In this document: positions 49,805-58,672 of the stretch, in pieces
How the letters are laid out: every line of letters starts with the position of its first letter
Position numbering within the stretch: position 1 is the stretch's first letter
DNA from: Brevibacterium luteolum
GTDB taxonomy: Bacteria; Actinomycetota; Actinomycetes; Actinomycetales; Brevibacteriaceae
Length of the DNA: 64,000 nucleotides
Assembly (NCBI RefSeq): GCF_013004595.1
Contig: NZ_JABEMC010000003.1
Location: forward strand, 62,001 to 126,000
Reading direction: 5' to 3'
Notes under the pieces: model-generated
What the model saw: the letters and a program-made list of their open reading frames with translations, nothing else
What the model was told of the DNA's origin: nothing
Database searches by the model: none
Position numbers and translations under genes: made by a program

Positions 49805-52456
49805 TCAGCTGCTCGCTTCCGCCCCGGCAGCGCTGAGCGCTTCCACGGCGGTCTGCTGGGCGCGCAGGTCCCGTTCGGCGTTGTCGAGGTTCTCTGCCAT
49901 GAGCCGCAGCAGGCCCTTCGGAGCAGCCGGATGCTCCTCAAGCCACTGCCGGGTCCGGGCCACCGCCTCGGGCGTGGCCGGCGGGTAGAGCCTGAGTGTC
50001 AGCGTCTGCGCGATCTCCAGGGTGCGCGACTCCCACCAGCCGGCGACCCGGTCGAAGTACTCGGCGACGAAGCTGCCGACCGGTTCCTCAGCAGCCACGA
50101 GCGACCCGTCGGGCAGCTGCAGGCCGGCAGCGAAGCCCAGCGCGGTCGCAGCGACGACCGAGTTCGGCAGCTCGCGGTCATCGGCCAGGGAGCGGAACGC
50201 CGCGGTCTTGGCTGCTGGGGTCTGCGGGGAGGCCTTGGCCGTCTGGGCCTTGTTGCGGCCCATCGCGGTGTCGTCGGTTTCCAGCGCAGCACTGATGCCG
50301 GCCTCGTCGAGGCGGCCGGCGGCGGCCAGTGCGATGACGAGGCTCCAGCGCAGGTCGGTGTCGATGCTCACGCCTGCGACCGGGGCAGTGCCGGTCTGCA
50401 GCATCTGGACGACACGGTCGAGCTGGCTGTCGGTCTCGGCGGTTTCGGCGAAGCCGATGAGGAACTGCAGCTGGCTGTCCGACCCCGGGGCGGCACGCTT
50501 GAGCAGCGTCCACAAGTCGTCGGCGAACTGGGCGCGCGCATCGGCGCGCAGGTGCGGCGGCAGGAACCGGGTGATCGCGGCCTTCGCCTGCCGCAGCTGG
50601 GCGAGCAGCCCGGCCGAATGGGTGATGGATCCGGCATGTGCGCCGACGAGGGCGAGGTAGTCCTGGGCGGGGATCTCCCCGTCGCGGACCATATCCCACA
50701 CGGTCGAGAAGACGAGCAGCTGGGTCAGCGAGTCCTCGAAGCCCGAGGCGTGGGCGACCGCATTGCGCAGGCTCACCTCATCGAACCGGGTCTTGGCATA
50801 GGTGAGGTCACCGTCGTTGACGACGATGATGTCCGGGCGAGACGAGGCACCGGCCGGGACCTCCACCTCGGCGACGGGGCCGTCGAGATCGATCGACTGG
50901 ATGTGGGTGCGCACCACCTGGCCGGAGTCGGTGATGTCATAGCAGCCGATCGCCACGCGGTGCGGGCGCAGTGAGGGGACCGGGCGGCCGGGCAGCTCGA
51001 CGGCCTCCTGGCTGATCGCCAGGCGGGTGAGCTGGCCGGACTCGTCGGTCTCGACGATCGGGCGCAGCAGGTTGATGCCCGATTCCTCCAGCCACAGCTG
51101 CGACCAGGTGCGCAGATCCCGGCCCGAGGTGGCCTCGAGTTCGGTGAGCAGGTCGTCCAGTTCCGTGTTCGCCCAGGCGTGGGCGTCGAAGTAGCGCTTG
51201 ACGCCGGCGAAGAACGCATCTCGGCCGACCCAGGCGACGAGCTGCTTGAGCACGGCTGCGCCCTTGGCGTAGGTGATGCCGTCGAAGTTGACCTCGACGT
51301 CGAAGAGGTCCTCGATCGGGGCGACGATCGGATGGGTGCTCGGCAGCTGATCCTGCTGATACGCCCAGGCCTTCTCGACTGTTGCGAAGCTCGTCCACAC
51401 ATCGGAGAACTCCGAGGCCTCGGCAGTCGCCAGCGTCGAGGTGAACTCGGCGAACGACTCGTTGAGCCACAGGTCGTTCCACCAGCGCATCGTGACGAGA
51501 TCGCCGAACCACATGTGCGCCAGTTCGTGCAGGATCGTCACCGCGCGGGACTCGACGGTGCTGCGCTTGGGCCGGGAACGGAAGACGTAGTCCTCGACGA
51601 TCGTGACGGCACCGGCGTTCTCCATCGCCCCGGCGTTGAACTCCGGGACGAAGAGCTGATCGAACTTCTCGAACGGGTACGGGGTGGCGAAGAGGTCCTC
51701 GAAGAAGGTGAACCCGGCGCGGGTGAGCTTGAAGATCTCCTCGGCATCGACGTGCTCGAACAGCGATGCGCGGGCGTAGACGCCCAGCGGCACCTCCTCG
51801 CCGTCGCAGCTGAGCAGCGAGGAGTGCGCGGACTTGTACGGCCCGGCGATGATCGCAGTGATGTAGGACGAGATCGGGGGAGTGGGAGCAAACTGCCACA
51901 ACGCCATATCGCCCGATTCGATGCCGAGCTCGGCGAGCGCCTCATGCGGTTCACCGGCGACCGGGGTCGGGGAGTTCGACACGACCGTCCACGACTCCGG
52001 GGCGATGATCGTGAAGGAGAACGAGGCCTTGAGATCGGGCTGCTCGAACACGGCGAACACGCGGCGGGCATCAGGCACCTCGAACTGCGTGTACAGGTAC
52101 GTCTCGTCGTCGACCGGATCGACGAACCGGTGCAGACCCTCACCGGTGTTCATGTAGAAGAAGTCGGCGTCGATGCGCAGCTCGTTGTCCGGGGCCAGGC
52201 CCGGCAGGCTGATGCGGGCGGCTGAGACGTGCTCGTCGACAGGCAGCTCCTCGCCGTTGAGCCGGATGCTGTGCACCTTCGCGGTGACCGCGTCGATGAA
52301 GGTCGAATCATCGCTGTCGGCAGCGAAGCGCACCGTGGTGACTGAGCGGAACGTCTCTCCCTGACCGTCGAGGACGAGTGTGACGTCGTAGGACGTGACC
52401 GAGATCTGCGCTGCGCGCTCGGCCGCCTCGGCGCGGGTCAGGTTGTGCTGTGCCAC
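49805..52456 (-). CDS. pepN: Aminopeptidase N (M1)
   Basis: GAMEN, HELAHMWFG..(18)..E, and ITYAKG. Confidence 0.96.
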   Translation of the reverse strand: MAQHNLTRAEAAERAAQISVTSYDVTLVLDGQGETFRSVTTVRFAADSDDSTFIDAVTAKVHSIRLNGEELPVDEHVSAARISLPGLAPDNELRIDADFFYMNTGEGLHRFVDPVDDETYLYTQFEVPDARRVFAVFEQPDLKASFSFTIIAPESWTVVSNSPTPVAGEPHEALAELGIESGDMALWQFAPTPPISSYITAIIAGPYKSAHSSLLSCDGEEVPLGVYARASLFEHVDAEEIFKLTRAGFTFFEDLFATPYPFEKFDQLFVPEFNAGAMENAGAVTIVEDYVFRSRPKRSTVESRAVTILHELAHMWFGDLVTMRWWNDLWLNESFAEFTSTLATAEASEFSDVWTSFATVEKAWAYQQDQLPSTHPIVAPIEDLFDVEVNFDGITYAKGAAVLKQLVAWVGRDAFFAGVKRYFDAHAWANTELDDLLTELEATSGRDLRTWSQLWLEESGINLLRPIVETDESGQLTRLAISQEAVELPGRPVPSLRPHRVAIGCYDITDSGQVVRTHIQSIDLDGPVAEVEVPAGASSRPDIIVVNDGDLTYAKTRFDEVSLRNAVAHASGFEDSLTQLLVFSTVWDMVRDGEIPAQDYLALVGAHAGSITHSAGLLAQLRQAKAAITRFLPPHLRADARAQFADDLWTLLKRAAPGSDSQLQFLIGFAETAETDSQLDRVVQMLQTGTAPVAGVSIDTDLRWSLVIALAAAGRLDEAGISAALETDDTAMGRNKAQTAKASPQTPAAKTAAFRSLADDRELPNSVVAATALGFAAGLQLPDGSLVAAEEPVGSFVAEYFDRVAGWWESRTLEIAQTLTLRLYPPATPEAVARTRQWLEEHPAAPKGLLRLMAENLDNAERDLRAQQTAVEALSAAGAEASS

Positions 52457-52483
52457 GGATGGGCCTCCGGAATATCAGCTGGT

Positions 52484-52509
52484 GGAATGATCGGACTAGG
52501 CTCATTGTT
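52484..52509 (+). promoter_or_regulatory. SigH/SigR-type ECF promoter for the DsbA-like gene
   Basis: GGAAT(52484)-N18-GTT(52507), matching the SigR/SigH consensus. Confidence 0.65.
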
Positions 52510-52598
52510 GCATGATCGGAAGCCGTGCCGGGCGCATCCGGCGCGGTCATCGCACATCCGGCCGCAGCCCTGCGGCAGACCGACACGGAAGGACTCTG

Positions 52599-53207
52599 AT
52601 GAGCACTGAGACACTCGATTTCTGGTTCGACGCGACCTGCCCCTGGGCGTGGATGACCTCCCGCTGGGCACTCGAGGTCGAGAAGGTCCGCGACGTCAAG
52701 GTCGCCTTCCACCCGATGAGCCTCTCAGTGCTCAACGAGGGCCGTGAGGAGCTGCCCGAGGAGTACAAGGAGAACATGAAGCTCGCCTGGGGCCCGGCCC
52801 GCGTCGTCACCGCCGCGATGGTCGAACACGGACCCGAGGTGCTCGCCGATCTCTACACCGCCCTGGGCACCCTCATCCACGTCGAGGGCCGCCGCGACTT
52901 CGACGAGGTCATCCCCGCCGCGCTCGCCGAGGCAGGACTGCCGGCCGAACTCGCTCAGGCCGCCAACACCGATAAGTACGACGAGCAGCTGCGCGCCTCC
53001 CACAAGGAGGGCATCGGCAAGGTCGGCGAAGACGTCGGCACCCCGGTCATCTCGCTGGGCGAGGTCGCCTTCTTCGGCCCGGTCGTCAGCCCTGCCCCCA
53101 AGGGCGAGGCTGCCGGTAAGCTGTTCGATGGAGTGCTGGCCGTGGCAAGCACCGACGGGTTCTTCGAACTCAAGCGCACCCGCACGGTCGGCCCGATCTT
53201 CGACTGA
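52599..53207 (+). CDS. DsbA-like / Rv2466c-family thiol oxidoreductase
   Basis: FWFDATCPWAWMTSRW, VGTP, FFGPV, and FFELKRTR. Divergent from pepN. Confidence 0.88.
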   Translation: MSTETLDFWFDATCPWAWMTSRWALEVEKVRDVKVAFHPMSLSVLNEGREELPEEYKENMKLAWGPARVVTAAMVEHGPEVLADLYTALGTLIHVEGRRDFDEVIPAALAEAGLPAELAQAANTDKYDEQLRASHKEGIGKVGEDVGTPVISLGEVAFFGPVVSPAPKGEAAGKLFDGVLAVASTDGFFELKRTRTVGPIFD

Positions 53208-53240
53208 GTCTCCGACTGACACGCTGCGAAAGGGCAGGCA

Positions 53241-53708
53241 ATGAAAGTTCATCTCGGCACCGACCACGCTGGCTTCGAGTTCAAGGAGGCGCTCAAGGCG
53301 CACCTCGCAGCCCAGGACTACGACGTCGTCGACCACGGCGCCCACGAATACGATGCACTCGATGACTACCCGGCCTTCTGCATCGCCGCCGCCGAGGCGG
53401 TGGTGACCGACAACGCCTCGGGCACCCCCGCACTGGGTGTCGTCATCGGCGGTTCGGGCAACGGCGAGCAGATGGCTGCCAACAAGGTCGAAGGCGCCCG
53501 CGCGGCCCTGGCCTGGAACCCGGAGATCGCCCGGCTGGCCCGCCAGCACAACAACGCCCAGATCGTCTCGATCGGCGCACGCCAGCACACCGAGGCTGAC
53601 GCATTCGCCATCGTCGACGCGTTCCTGACCGAGCCGTTCTCCGGCGATGAGCGCCATGAGCGCCGCATCGGCATCATGGCCGCCTATGAGAACGGTGAGA
53701 CCATCTGA
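53241..53708 (+). CDS. rpiB: Ribose-5-phosphate isomerase B
   Basis: DHAG, DDYP, GGSGNGE, HNNA, and RH.RR. Confidence 0.94.
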   Translation: MKVHLGTDHAGFEFKEALKAHLAAQDYDVVDHGAHEYDALDDYPAFCIAAAEAVVTDNASGTPALGVVIGGSGNGEQMAANKVEGARAALAWNPEIARLARQHNNAQIVSIGARQHTEADAFAIVDAFLTEPFSGDERHERRIGIMAAYENGETI

Positions 53709-53731
53709 GGCTGACGCTTGAGCGAGCCCTG

Positions 53732-53771
53732 AGCTGAGCCCGCCTGGCCGTCCCGGTCAGGCGGGCTCAGT
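53732..53771. terminator. Hairpin between convergent rpiB and CPBP genes
   Basis: CTGAGCCCGCCTG ... CAGGCGGGCTCAG inverted repeat. Confidence 0.65.
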
Positions 53772-53806
53772 CATGCCCAGGGAGCGAGTGCCCAGCGCCG
53801 ACCGGT

Positions 53807-54649
53807 TCAGTACCAGAAGATCGGCAGGGCACCGGGATGGTGGGCATGCACGATGGTGAGGAAGACGATGAGGTCGAAGAGCAGGTGCACGCAGATCGTG
53901 TAGGGCAGTGACTTCGTGCGGGTGAAGATGAGCGCCTGGATGAGCGCGAACGGGATCGTGAGCACCGGACCCCAGGCCTGGTAGCCCAGCTCCCACAGGA
54001 AGGACACGAAGATTACCGAGGTGAGCACGTTGGCCGTCCAGAACGAGAAGTGCCGGTACAGCAGCGTGAAGACGGTGCAGATGAAGAACAGCTCATCCCA
54101 GATGCCCACGGCGTTGACGCCGAGGAACAGCCGGATGATCTCACTTGGGGTCTCGACGGCAGGCCAGTTGGTGTAGACCCCGGAGCTGATGAAGTACCGC
54201 GGCAGGATGAGCCAGCCGAGGAACAGCACGATGAACAGCCACGACCATTCGAGCTTCGACCACGGCTGGCCGATCCGCCGCGGGAACCTCACGGCATGAT
54301 CGCGGTAGATCCAACGGCTGATGGCATAGGGGATGATGACCGCGCCGGAGAGTACGGCCCCCATCAATGCGATGTTGCCCCAGGAGATATCGGCCTTGAG
54401 TGAGATCGTCGAGATGAGCGCCAGCGCCAGGCAGATGAGCAGCACGTCCCGGCCCAGCGCCCGGTCGATCGCCCATGATCCGATGAGCCCGACGGCAAGC
54501 GGGAGATAGCCCCAGTCCGACTCGAAGCCGAAAAGCAGCACCGCTGCAGCAGAGACACACGCCACCGCTGCAGACGCCGGGCTGAGCGCGCGGTGCTGAC
54601 GCGGGCGGTAGGATGCAGGACCTGCATGGGAGGGTTTGTGTTCGCTCAC
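53807..54649 (-). CDS. CPBP/Abi-family intramembrane protease-like protein
   Basis: Multi-TM protein with GIWDELFF (variant EE motif) and VHLLFD. GTG start at 54649 is inferred. Confidence 0.75.
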   Translation of the reverse strand: MSEHKPSHAGPASYRPRQHRALSPASAAVACVSAAAVLLFGFESDWGYLPLAVGLIGSWAIDRALGRDVLLICLALALISTISLKADISWGNIALMGAVLSGAVIIPYAISRWIYRDHAVRFPRRIGQPWSKLEWSWLFIVLFLGWLILPRYFISSGVYTNWPAVETPSEIIRLFLGVNAVGIWDELFFICTVFTLLYRHFSFWTANVLTSVIFVSFLWELGYQAWGPVLTIPFALIQALIFTRTKSLPYTICVHLLFDLIVFLTIVHAHHPGALPIFWY

Positions 54650-54749
54650 GGACTCATTGTGCCAAAGACCCAGCAGTCGCAGAATCGGGCACATGTCGGC
54701 GTACGGGGATAGAGAACCGCCGGCCCACATGTGGACCGGCGGAATGCGG

Positions 54750-54820
54750 AGGGGATGACGGGAATCGAACCCGCACCATCAGTTTGGAAGACTGAGGCTC
54801 TACCATTGAGCTACATCCCC
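54750..54820 (-). tRNA. tRNA-Gly(UCC)
   Basis: GGGGATG/CATCCCC acceptor, TCAGT-CTTCCAA-ACTGA anticodon arm, and U73. Confidence 0.97.
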
Positions 54821-54846
54821 GATGCGCCCGTGTGAGCGCTGTAGAA

Positions 54847-54875
54847 ATGTTAGAACAGATCAGCTCCGAATGCAA
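54847..54875 (-). promoter_or_regulatory. SigA-type promoter of tRNA-Gly
   Basis: TTGCAT-N17-TAACAT on the minus strand. Confidence 0.65.
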
Positions 54876-54998
54876 AGCGAGGAGAGGGCTGGCCGAGTGG
54901 TGGTGACACCGTGACGTGGGCTGATGTGCGATGCCGGCAGCCGCGCTGCAGATTAGGAGGAAGACTGCGCAGGCGGCTAGAGTAGTGTCTCGTTGAGC

Positions 54999-55072
54999 CG
55001 GGGTGTGGCGCAGCTTGGTAGCGCATCCGCTTTGGGAGCGGAGGGTCGCAGGTTCAAATCCTGTCACCCCGA
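54999..55072 (+). tRNA. tRNA-Pro(UGG)
   Basis: CGGGGTG/CACCCCG acceptor, TCCGC-TTTGGGA-GCGGA anticodon arm, and GTTCAAATC. Confidence 0.97.
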
Positions 55073-55077
55073 CGGAG

Positions 55078-55109
55078 CGAAGTGCCGCGGGTTCTCTCGC
55101 GGCACTTCG
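55078..55109 (+). terminator. Terminator after tRNA-Pro
   Basis: CGAAGTGCCGCG...CGCGGCACTTCG inverted repeat. Confidence 0.7.
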
Positions 55110-55223
55110 TCTATTCACACGCCGCGTGTTGTGTTTCCAGACCCGGGGCCGGCATCGGTTTCGGGTGGGTTGGAAGCTTGGAACAGGAGCTTGCGTGCGA
55201 ATGCTGTGGGCACGACCATGCGC

Positions 55224-55383
55224 TCAGGTGTAGCGGATGCGTGCGCCTTCGCTGCGCGTCCACGTGATGTAGCCGCCTTGGAAGTCCTGGCGCACCTGGG
55301 ATGCCGACGTGGTCGAGCTGGCGCAAGAGGTGACCGCGGTTCCCGAGGGCAAGCGCGCGGAGCGCGTGCGGCAGCCCCTGCAT
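55224..55383 (-). pseudogene. Possible decayed rhodanese-domain remnant
   Basis: GNRGHLLRQL..VG in one frame and QGGYITW..stop in another resemble the G.RGH...L.GGY.TW end of rhodanese domains. Confidence 0.3.
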
Positions 55384-55401
55384 CTGGACGATTGGTCAGC
55401 G

Positions 55402-55422
55402 TGCACTGTATAGTTCAGTGCA
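55402..55422 (+). promoter_or_regulatory. Probable CmtR operator overlapping the -10 box and the leaderless start
   Basis: TGCACTG-TATAGTT-CAGTGCA palindrome contains TATAGT, 7 nt before the ATG. Confidence 0.7.
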
Positions 55423-55790
55423 TGCTGACTATTGCTTCGCGCCTCGACGTGATGAACCGGCTTGGCCGGGCCATGGCCGACCCGACGCGCTCCAAGATCC
55501 TGATGTCCCTGCTCGACGGCCCGAGCCACCCCGCCGTGCTCTCGCGCGAGCTGGGGCTGACCCGCTCGAACGTGTCCAACCATCTGACCTGTCTGCGCGA
55601 CTGCGGCATCGTGGTCGCCGAGCCCGAGGGGCGGCAGACTCGCTACGAGATCGCCGACCCGCACCTGGCCGCGGCGCTGACGGCGCTGGTGGACGTGACG
55701 CTGGCGGTGGACGAGAGCGCCCCGTGCATCGACCCGCACTGCTCGGTGCCCGGCTGCTGCGGCCCGAGCGGCTCCGAGGACGCCTCGTGA
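55422..55790 (+). CDS. cmtR: Cd(II)/Pb(II)-sensing ArsR/SmtB repressor
   Basis: GRAMADPTR, SNVSNHLTCLRDCG (Cys pair in the recognition helix), and a Cys-rich tail PC...C..PGCC. Confidence 0.88.
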   Translation: MLTIASRLDVMNRLGRAMADPTRSKILMSLLDGPSHPAVLSRELGLTRSNVSNHLTCLRDCGIVVAEPEGRQTRYEIADPHLAAALTALVDVTLAVDESAPCIDPHCSVPGCCGPSGSEDAS

Positions 55791-57751
55791 GCGCCGCCTG
55801 CGGCTGCGACGAGCCGACCACCAACGCCGCCGAAGAGGCAGAGGAGACCGAGCGCCCGTGGTGGCGCGACCCGGGCCTGGTGGTGCCGATCCTCTCCGGG
55901 GTCGCGTTCGGCACCGGCCTGGTGCTGGAGTGGTCGGGGATGCACGTCGCGGCGCTGGTCGCGTTCTGGGCGGGCCTGCTGCTGGGCGCGTACACGTTCG
56001 TGCCCGGCGCGCTGCGGAACCTGTTCGCCAAGCGGAAGCTCGGGATCGCGCTGCTGATGACGATCAGTGCCGTCGGCGCGGTCATCCTCGGCTACGTGGA
56101 GGAGGCCGCCGCGCTGGCGTTCCTGTACTCGCTCGCCGAGGCCCTGGAGGACAAGGCGATGGACCGCGCCCGCGGCGGCCTGCGCGCGCTGCTCAAGCTC
56201 GTGCCGGAGACCGCGACCGTGCTGCGCGACGGTGCCTCGGTCGAGGTCCCGGCCAAGGAGATCGCCGTCGGCGACGTGCTGCTGGTCCGTCCGGGCGAGC
56301 GGGTCGCCACCGACGGGATCGTCCGCGTCGGACGCTCCAGCCTGGACACCTCCGCGATCACCGGCGAGTCGATCCCGGTCGAGGTCGCCCCCGATGACGC
56401 GGTCTCGGCGGGGGCGATCAACACCGCCGGCGTGCTGGAGGTCGAGGCGACCGCGGCGGGCACCGACAACTCGCTGACCACCATCGTGGAGCTGGTCGAG
56501 CAGGCCCAGGCAGAGAAGGGCGAGCGTGCGCGCATCGCCGACCAGATCGCCCGCCCGCTGGTGCCCGGCGTGATGGTCCTCGCCGTCCTGGTCGGCGTGC
56601 TCGGATCGCTGCTCGGCGACCCCGAGACCTGGATCACCCGCGCCCTGGTCGTCCTCGTCGCCGCCAGCCCGTGCGCGCTGGCGATCGCGGTGCCGGTCAC
56701 CGTAGTGTCCGCGATCGGGGCGGCGACGAAGTTCGGCGTCGTCATCAAGAGCGGTGCCGCGTTCGAGCGCCTCGGCGGCATCCGCCACCTCGCCGTGGAC
56801 AAGACCGGCACCCTGACCCGCAACCGGCCCGAGGTCACCGCCGTCGTCGCCGCCGACGGGTTCGACGACGCGCAGGTGCTCGCCTGGGCGGCGTCCGTCG
56901 AGCAGCACTCGACGCACCCTCTCGCCGCCGCCATCGCCGCCGCGGGCCAGGGGGCCCTCGCCGCGCAGGACGTGACGGAGGAGGCCGGGCACGGCATCGG
57001 CGGCACCGTCGACGGCCGCCGGGTGACGGTGGGCAGCCCCCGCTGGATCGACGCCGGACCGCTCAAGGCCCGGGTCGAGGACCTGGAGGCCGAGGGCCAG
57101 ACCTGCGTGCTCGTGGCCGTCGACGGCCGCCTGGCCGGGGCGATCGGCGTCCGCGACGAGCTGCGCCCCGAGGTCCCCGAGGCCGTGCGCACGCTGCGAG
57201 GGCAGGGGGTTGAGGTGAGCATGCTCACCGGCGACAACGCCCGCACCGCCCACGCGCTCGCGCAGATCGCCGGGATCGGCGACGTGCACGCCGAGCTGCG
57301 GCCCGAGGACAAGGCCCGCATCGTCGCCCAGCTCTCCGAGGCCTCGCCGACGGCGATGATCGGCGACGGCATCAACGACGCCCCCGCCCTGGCCGGTGCG
57401 ACTGTGGGCATCGCGATGGGCGCGACCGGCTCCGACGCCGCGATCGAGTCCGCCGATGTCGCCTTCACCGGGCACGACCTCGGCCTGATCCCGCAGGCGC
57501 TGCGGCATGCCCGCCGCGGCCGGGCGATCATGAACCAGAACATCGTGCTGTCCCTGGCGATCATCGCCGTGCTGCTGCCGCTGGCCATCACCGGCGTGCT
57601 CGGCCTGGCCGCGGTCGTCCTCGTCCACGAGGTCGCCGAGGTCGTCGTCATCGCCAACGGGCTGCGCGCCGCGCGTGCCCGCAAGAGCCAAGCGGCGGCC
57701 GCGTCGCCTGAGACGGCGTCACCGGCCGCGGTCCGCGCGGACAGAGCCTGA
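55787..57751 (+). CDS. cadA: Heavy-metal P1B-type ATPase (CadA-like, SPC/P1B-4 motif)
   Basis: ACGC N-terminus, TGES, AASPCAL, DKTGT, HP, GDGINDAP, and HEVAE. Confidence 0.92.
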   Translation: MSAACGCDEPTTNAAEEAEETERPWWRDPGLVVPILSGVAFGTGLVLEWSGMHVAALVAFWAGLLLGAYTFVPGALRNLFAKRKLGIALLMTISAVGAVILGYVEEAAALAFLYSLAEALEDKAMDRARGGLRALLKLVPETATVLRDGASVEVPAKEIAVGDVLLVRPGERVATDGIVRVGRSSLDTSAITGESIPVEVAPDDAVSAGAINTAGVLEVEATAAGTDNSLTTIVELVEQAQAEKGERARIADQIARPLVPGVMVLAVLVGVLGSLLGDPETWITRALVVLVAASPCALAIAVPVTVVSAIGAATKFGVVIKSGAAFERLGGIRHLAVDKTGTLTRNRPEVTAVVAADGFDDAQVLAWAASVEQHSTHPLAAAIAAAGQGALAAQDVTEEAGHGIGGTVDGRRVTVGSPRWIDAGPLKARVEDLEAEGQTCVLVAVDGRLAGAIGVRDELRPEVPEAVRTLRGQGVEVSMLTGDNARTAHALAQIAGIGDVHAELRPEDKARIVAQLSEASPTAMIGDGINDAPALAGATVGIAMGATGSDAAIESADVAFTGHDLGLIPQALRHARRGRAIMNQNIVLSLAIIAVLLPLAITGVLGLAAVVLVHEVAEVVVIANGLRAARARKSQAAAASPETASPAAVRADRA

Positions 57752-57763
57752 GAGGAGTGGATC

Positions 57764-58066
57764 ATGGAGATCACGTTGCAGTACTTCGACGGGTGCCCGA
57801 ACTGGGAGGTGCTCGACCGGCGTCTCACCGAGGCCCTCGACGGCCGATCGGACGTCCGCGTCGTGCATCAGCGAGTCGAGACTGCCGAGGACGCCGCCCG
57901 CCTCGGGTTCCACGGGTCCCCGACCGTCCTCATTGACGGTTCCGACCCCTTCGCCGACGAGCACACGCCGGTGGGGCTCGCCTGTCGAGTGTTCCGCACT
58001 CCTGCCGGGCTGGCTGGTTCGCCCACCGTCGATCAGCTGCGCGAAGTACTTGATGCGCCTCTATGA
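57764..58066 (+). CDS. Small thioredoxin-fold protein of metal-resistance clusters
   Basis: YFDGCPNW, F.GSPT.LIDG.DPF, and LACR. GAGGAG RBS. Confidence 0.75.
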   Translation: MEITLQYFDGCPNWEVLDRRLTEALDGRSDVRVVHQRVETAEDAARLGFHGSPTVLIDGSDPFADEHTPVGLACRVFRTPAGLAGSPTVDQLREVLDAPL

Positions 58067-58214
58067 GGGTGGAGCACCGCCGGGTTGCGCGATCATCGCA
58101 CCGACGCTCAGCGCAGGAAGAGCCGCCTTCATCGAAAACCAGCCAGGATTGCCGTCAGCGTTGTGCTGTAAAGCGCGCCGACGCTGACAACGGGTGCTAC
58201 AACCCGGGCATGCG

Positions 58215-58466
58215 CTAGCGCAGATCGATGACGCCTGTGCCCACCTCGATGCGCTGCGTGCGCGCAGCGATGGCGGCCAGCAGCGGCATCGGGGCAGCCG
58301 ACTGGCGGGCGAAATGATGCACCCGGAAGTACGCGCCGTTGACACCGAGCTCATCGGCCCGTTCGGCGATGGTGATGGCATCGTGGAGCATCTGCCGGGC
58401 ATCGGGATCACCAAGCCCGCGCCCGTGACCGTAATGACCGAATGACAGGAATCCGAAAGCTCTCAT
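58215..58466 (-). pseudogene. Truncated LLM-class flavin-dependent oxidoreductase (N-terminal 83 aa)
   Basis: FGFLSFGHY, AYFRVHHF, and IEVGTGVIDLR followed by a stop. Full-length family members are several times longer. Confidence 0.8.
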
Positions 58467-58672
58467 ACCCAGCCAACACAATTGAACTCTCAACTGTTCC
58501 CCTGCGGTGCCGACGGGAGCCCGCGGCGCTGCACCGGTCCGATGTGCAAAACGGCGGCCTCCATGACTAGACTGGAGAGCTGTGCGTTGCCGCCGGAGTC
58601 TGTGCGGTGATGAGACTCATGACTTAGGCGGATCGCCTCCGCCGATCCCACCGTCCGAACGAGAGGTACATC

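Larger units (their letters stand above)
55110..58490. mobile_element. Small immobilised heavy-metal resistance islet between tRNA-Pro and tig
   Basis: cmtR-cadA-thioredoxin-like genes plus gene remnants interrupt the usual tRNA-Pro-tig adjacency. No integrase or att repeat was seen. Boundaries are approximate. Confidence 0.55.

Noticed and set aside
53807..54649. Abi-family protein as a phage abortive-infection system
   Set aside because: CPBP/'Abi' proteins are intramembrane protease-like, the name is historical, and there is no defence context here.
54993..55786. N-terminal extensions of CmtR (from 54993) and CadA (from 55418) given in the ORF track
   Set aside because: They run through the tRNA or the cmtR gene. 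The starts at 55422 and 55787 are supported by promoter geometry, a GAGGA RBS and a GTGA overlap.
58490..58672. attR duplication of the tRNA-Pro 3' end
   Set aside because: No copy of TCAAATCCTGTCACCCCG was found by eye before tig.
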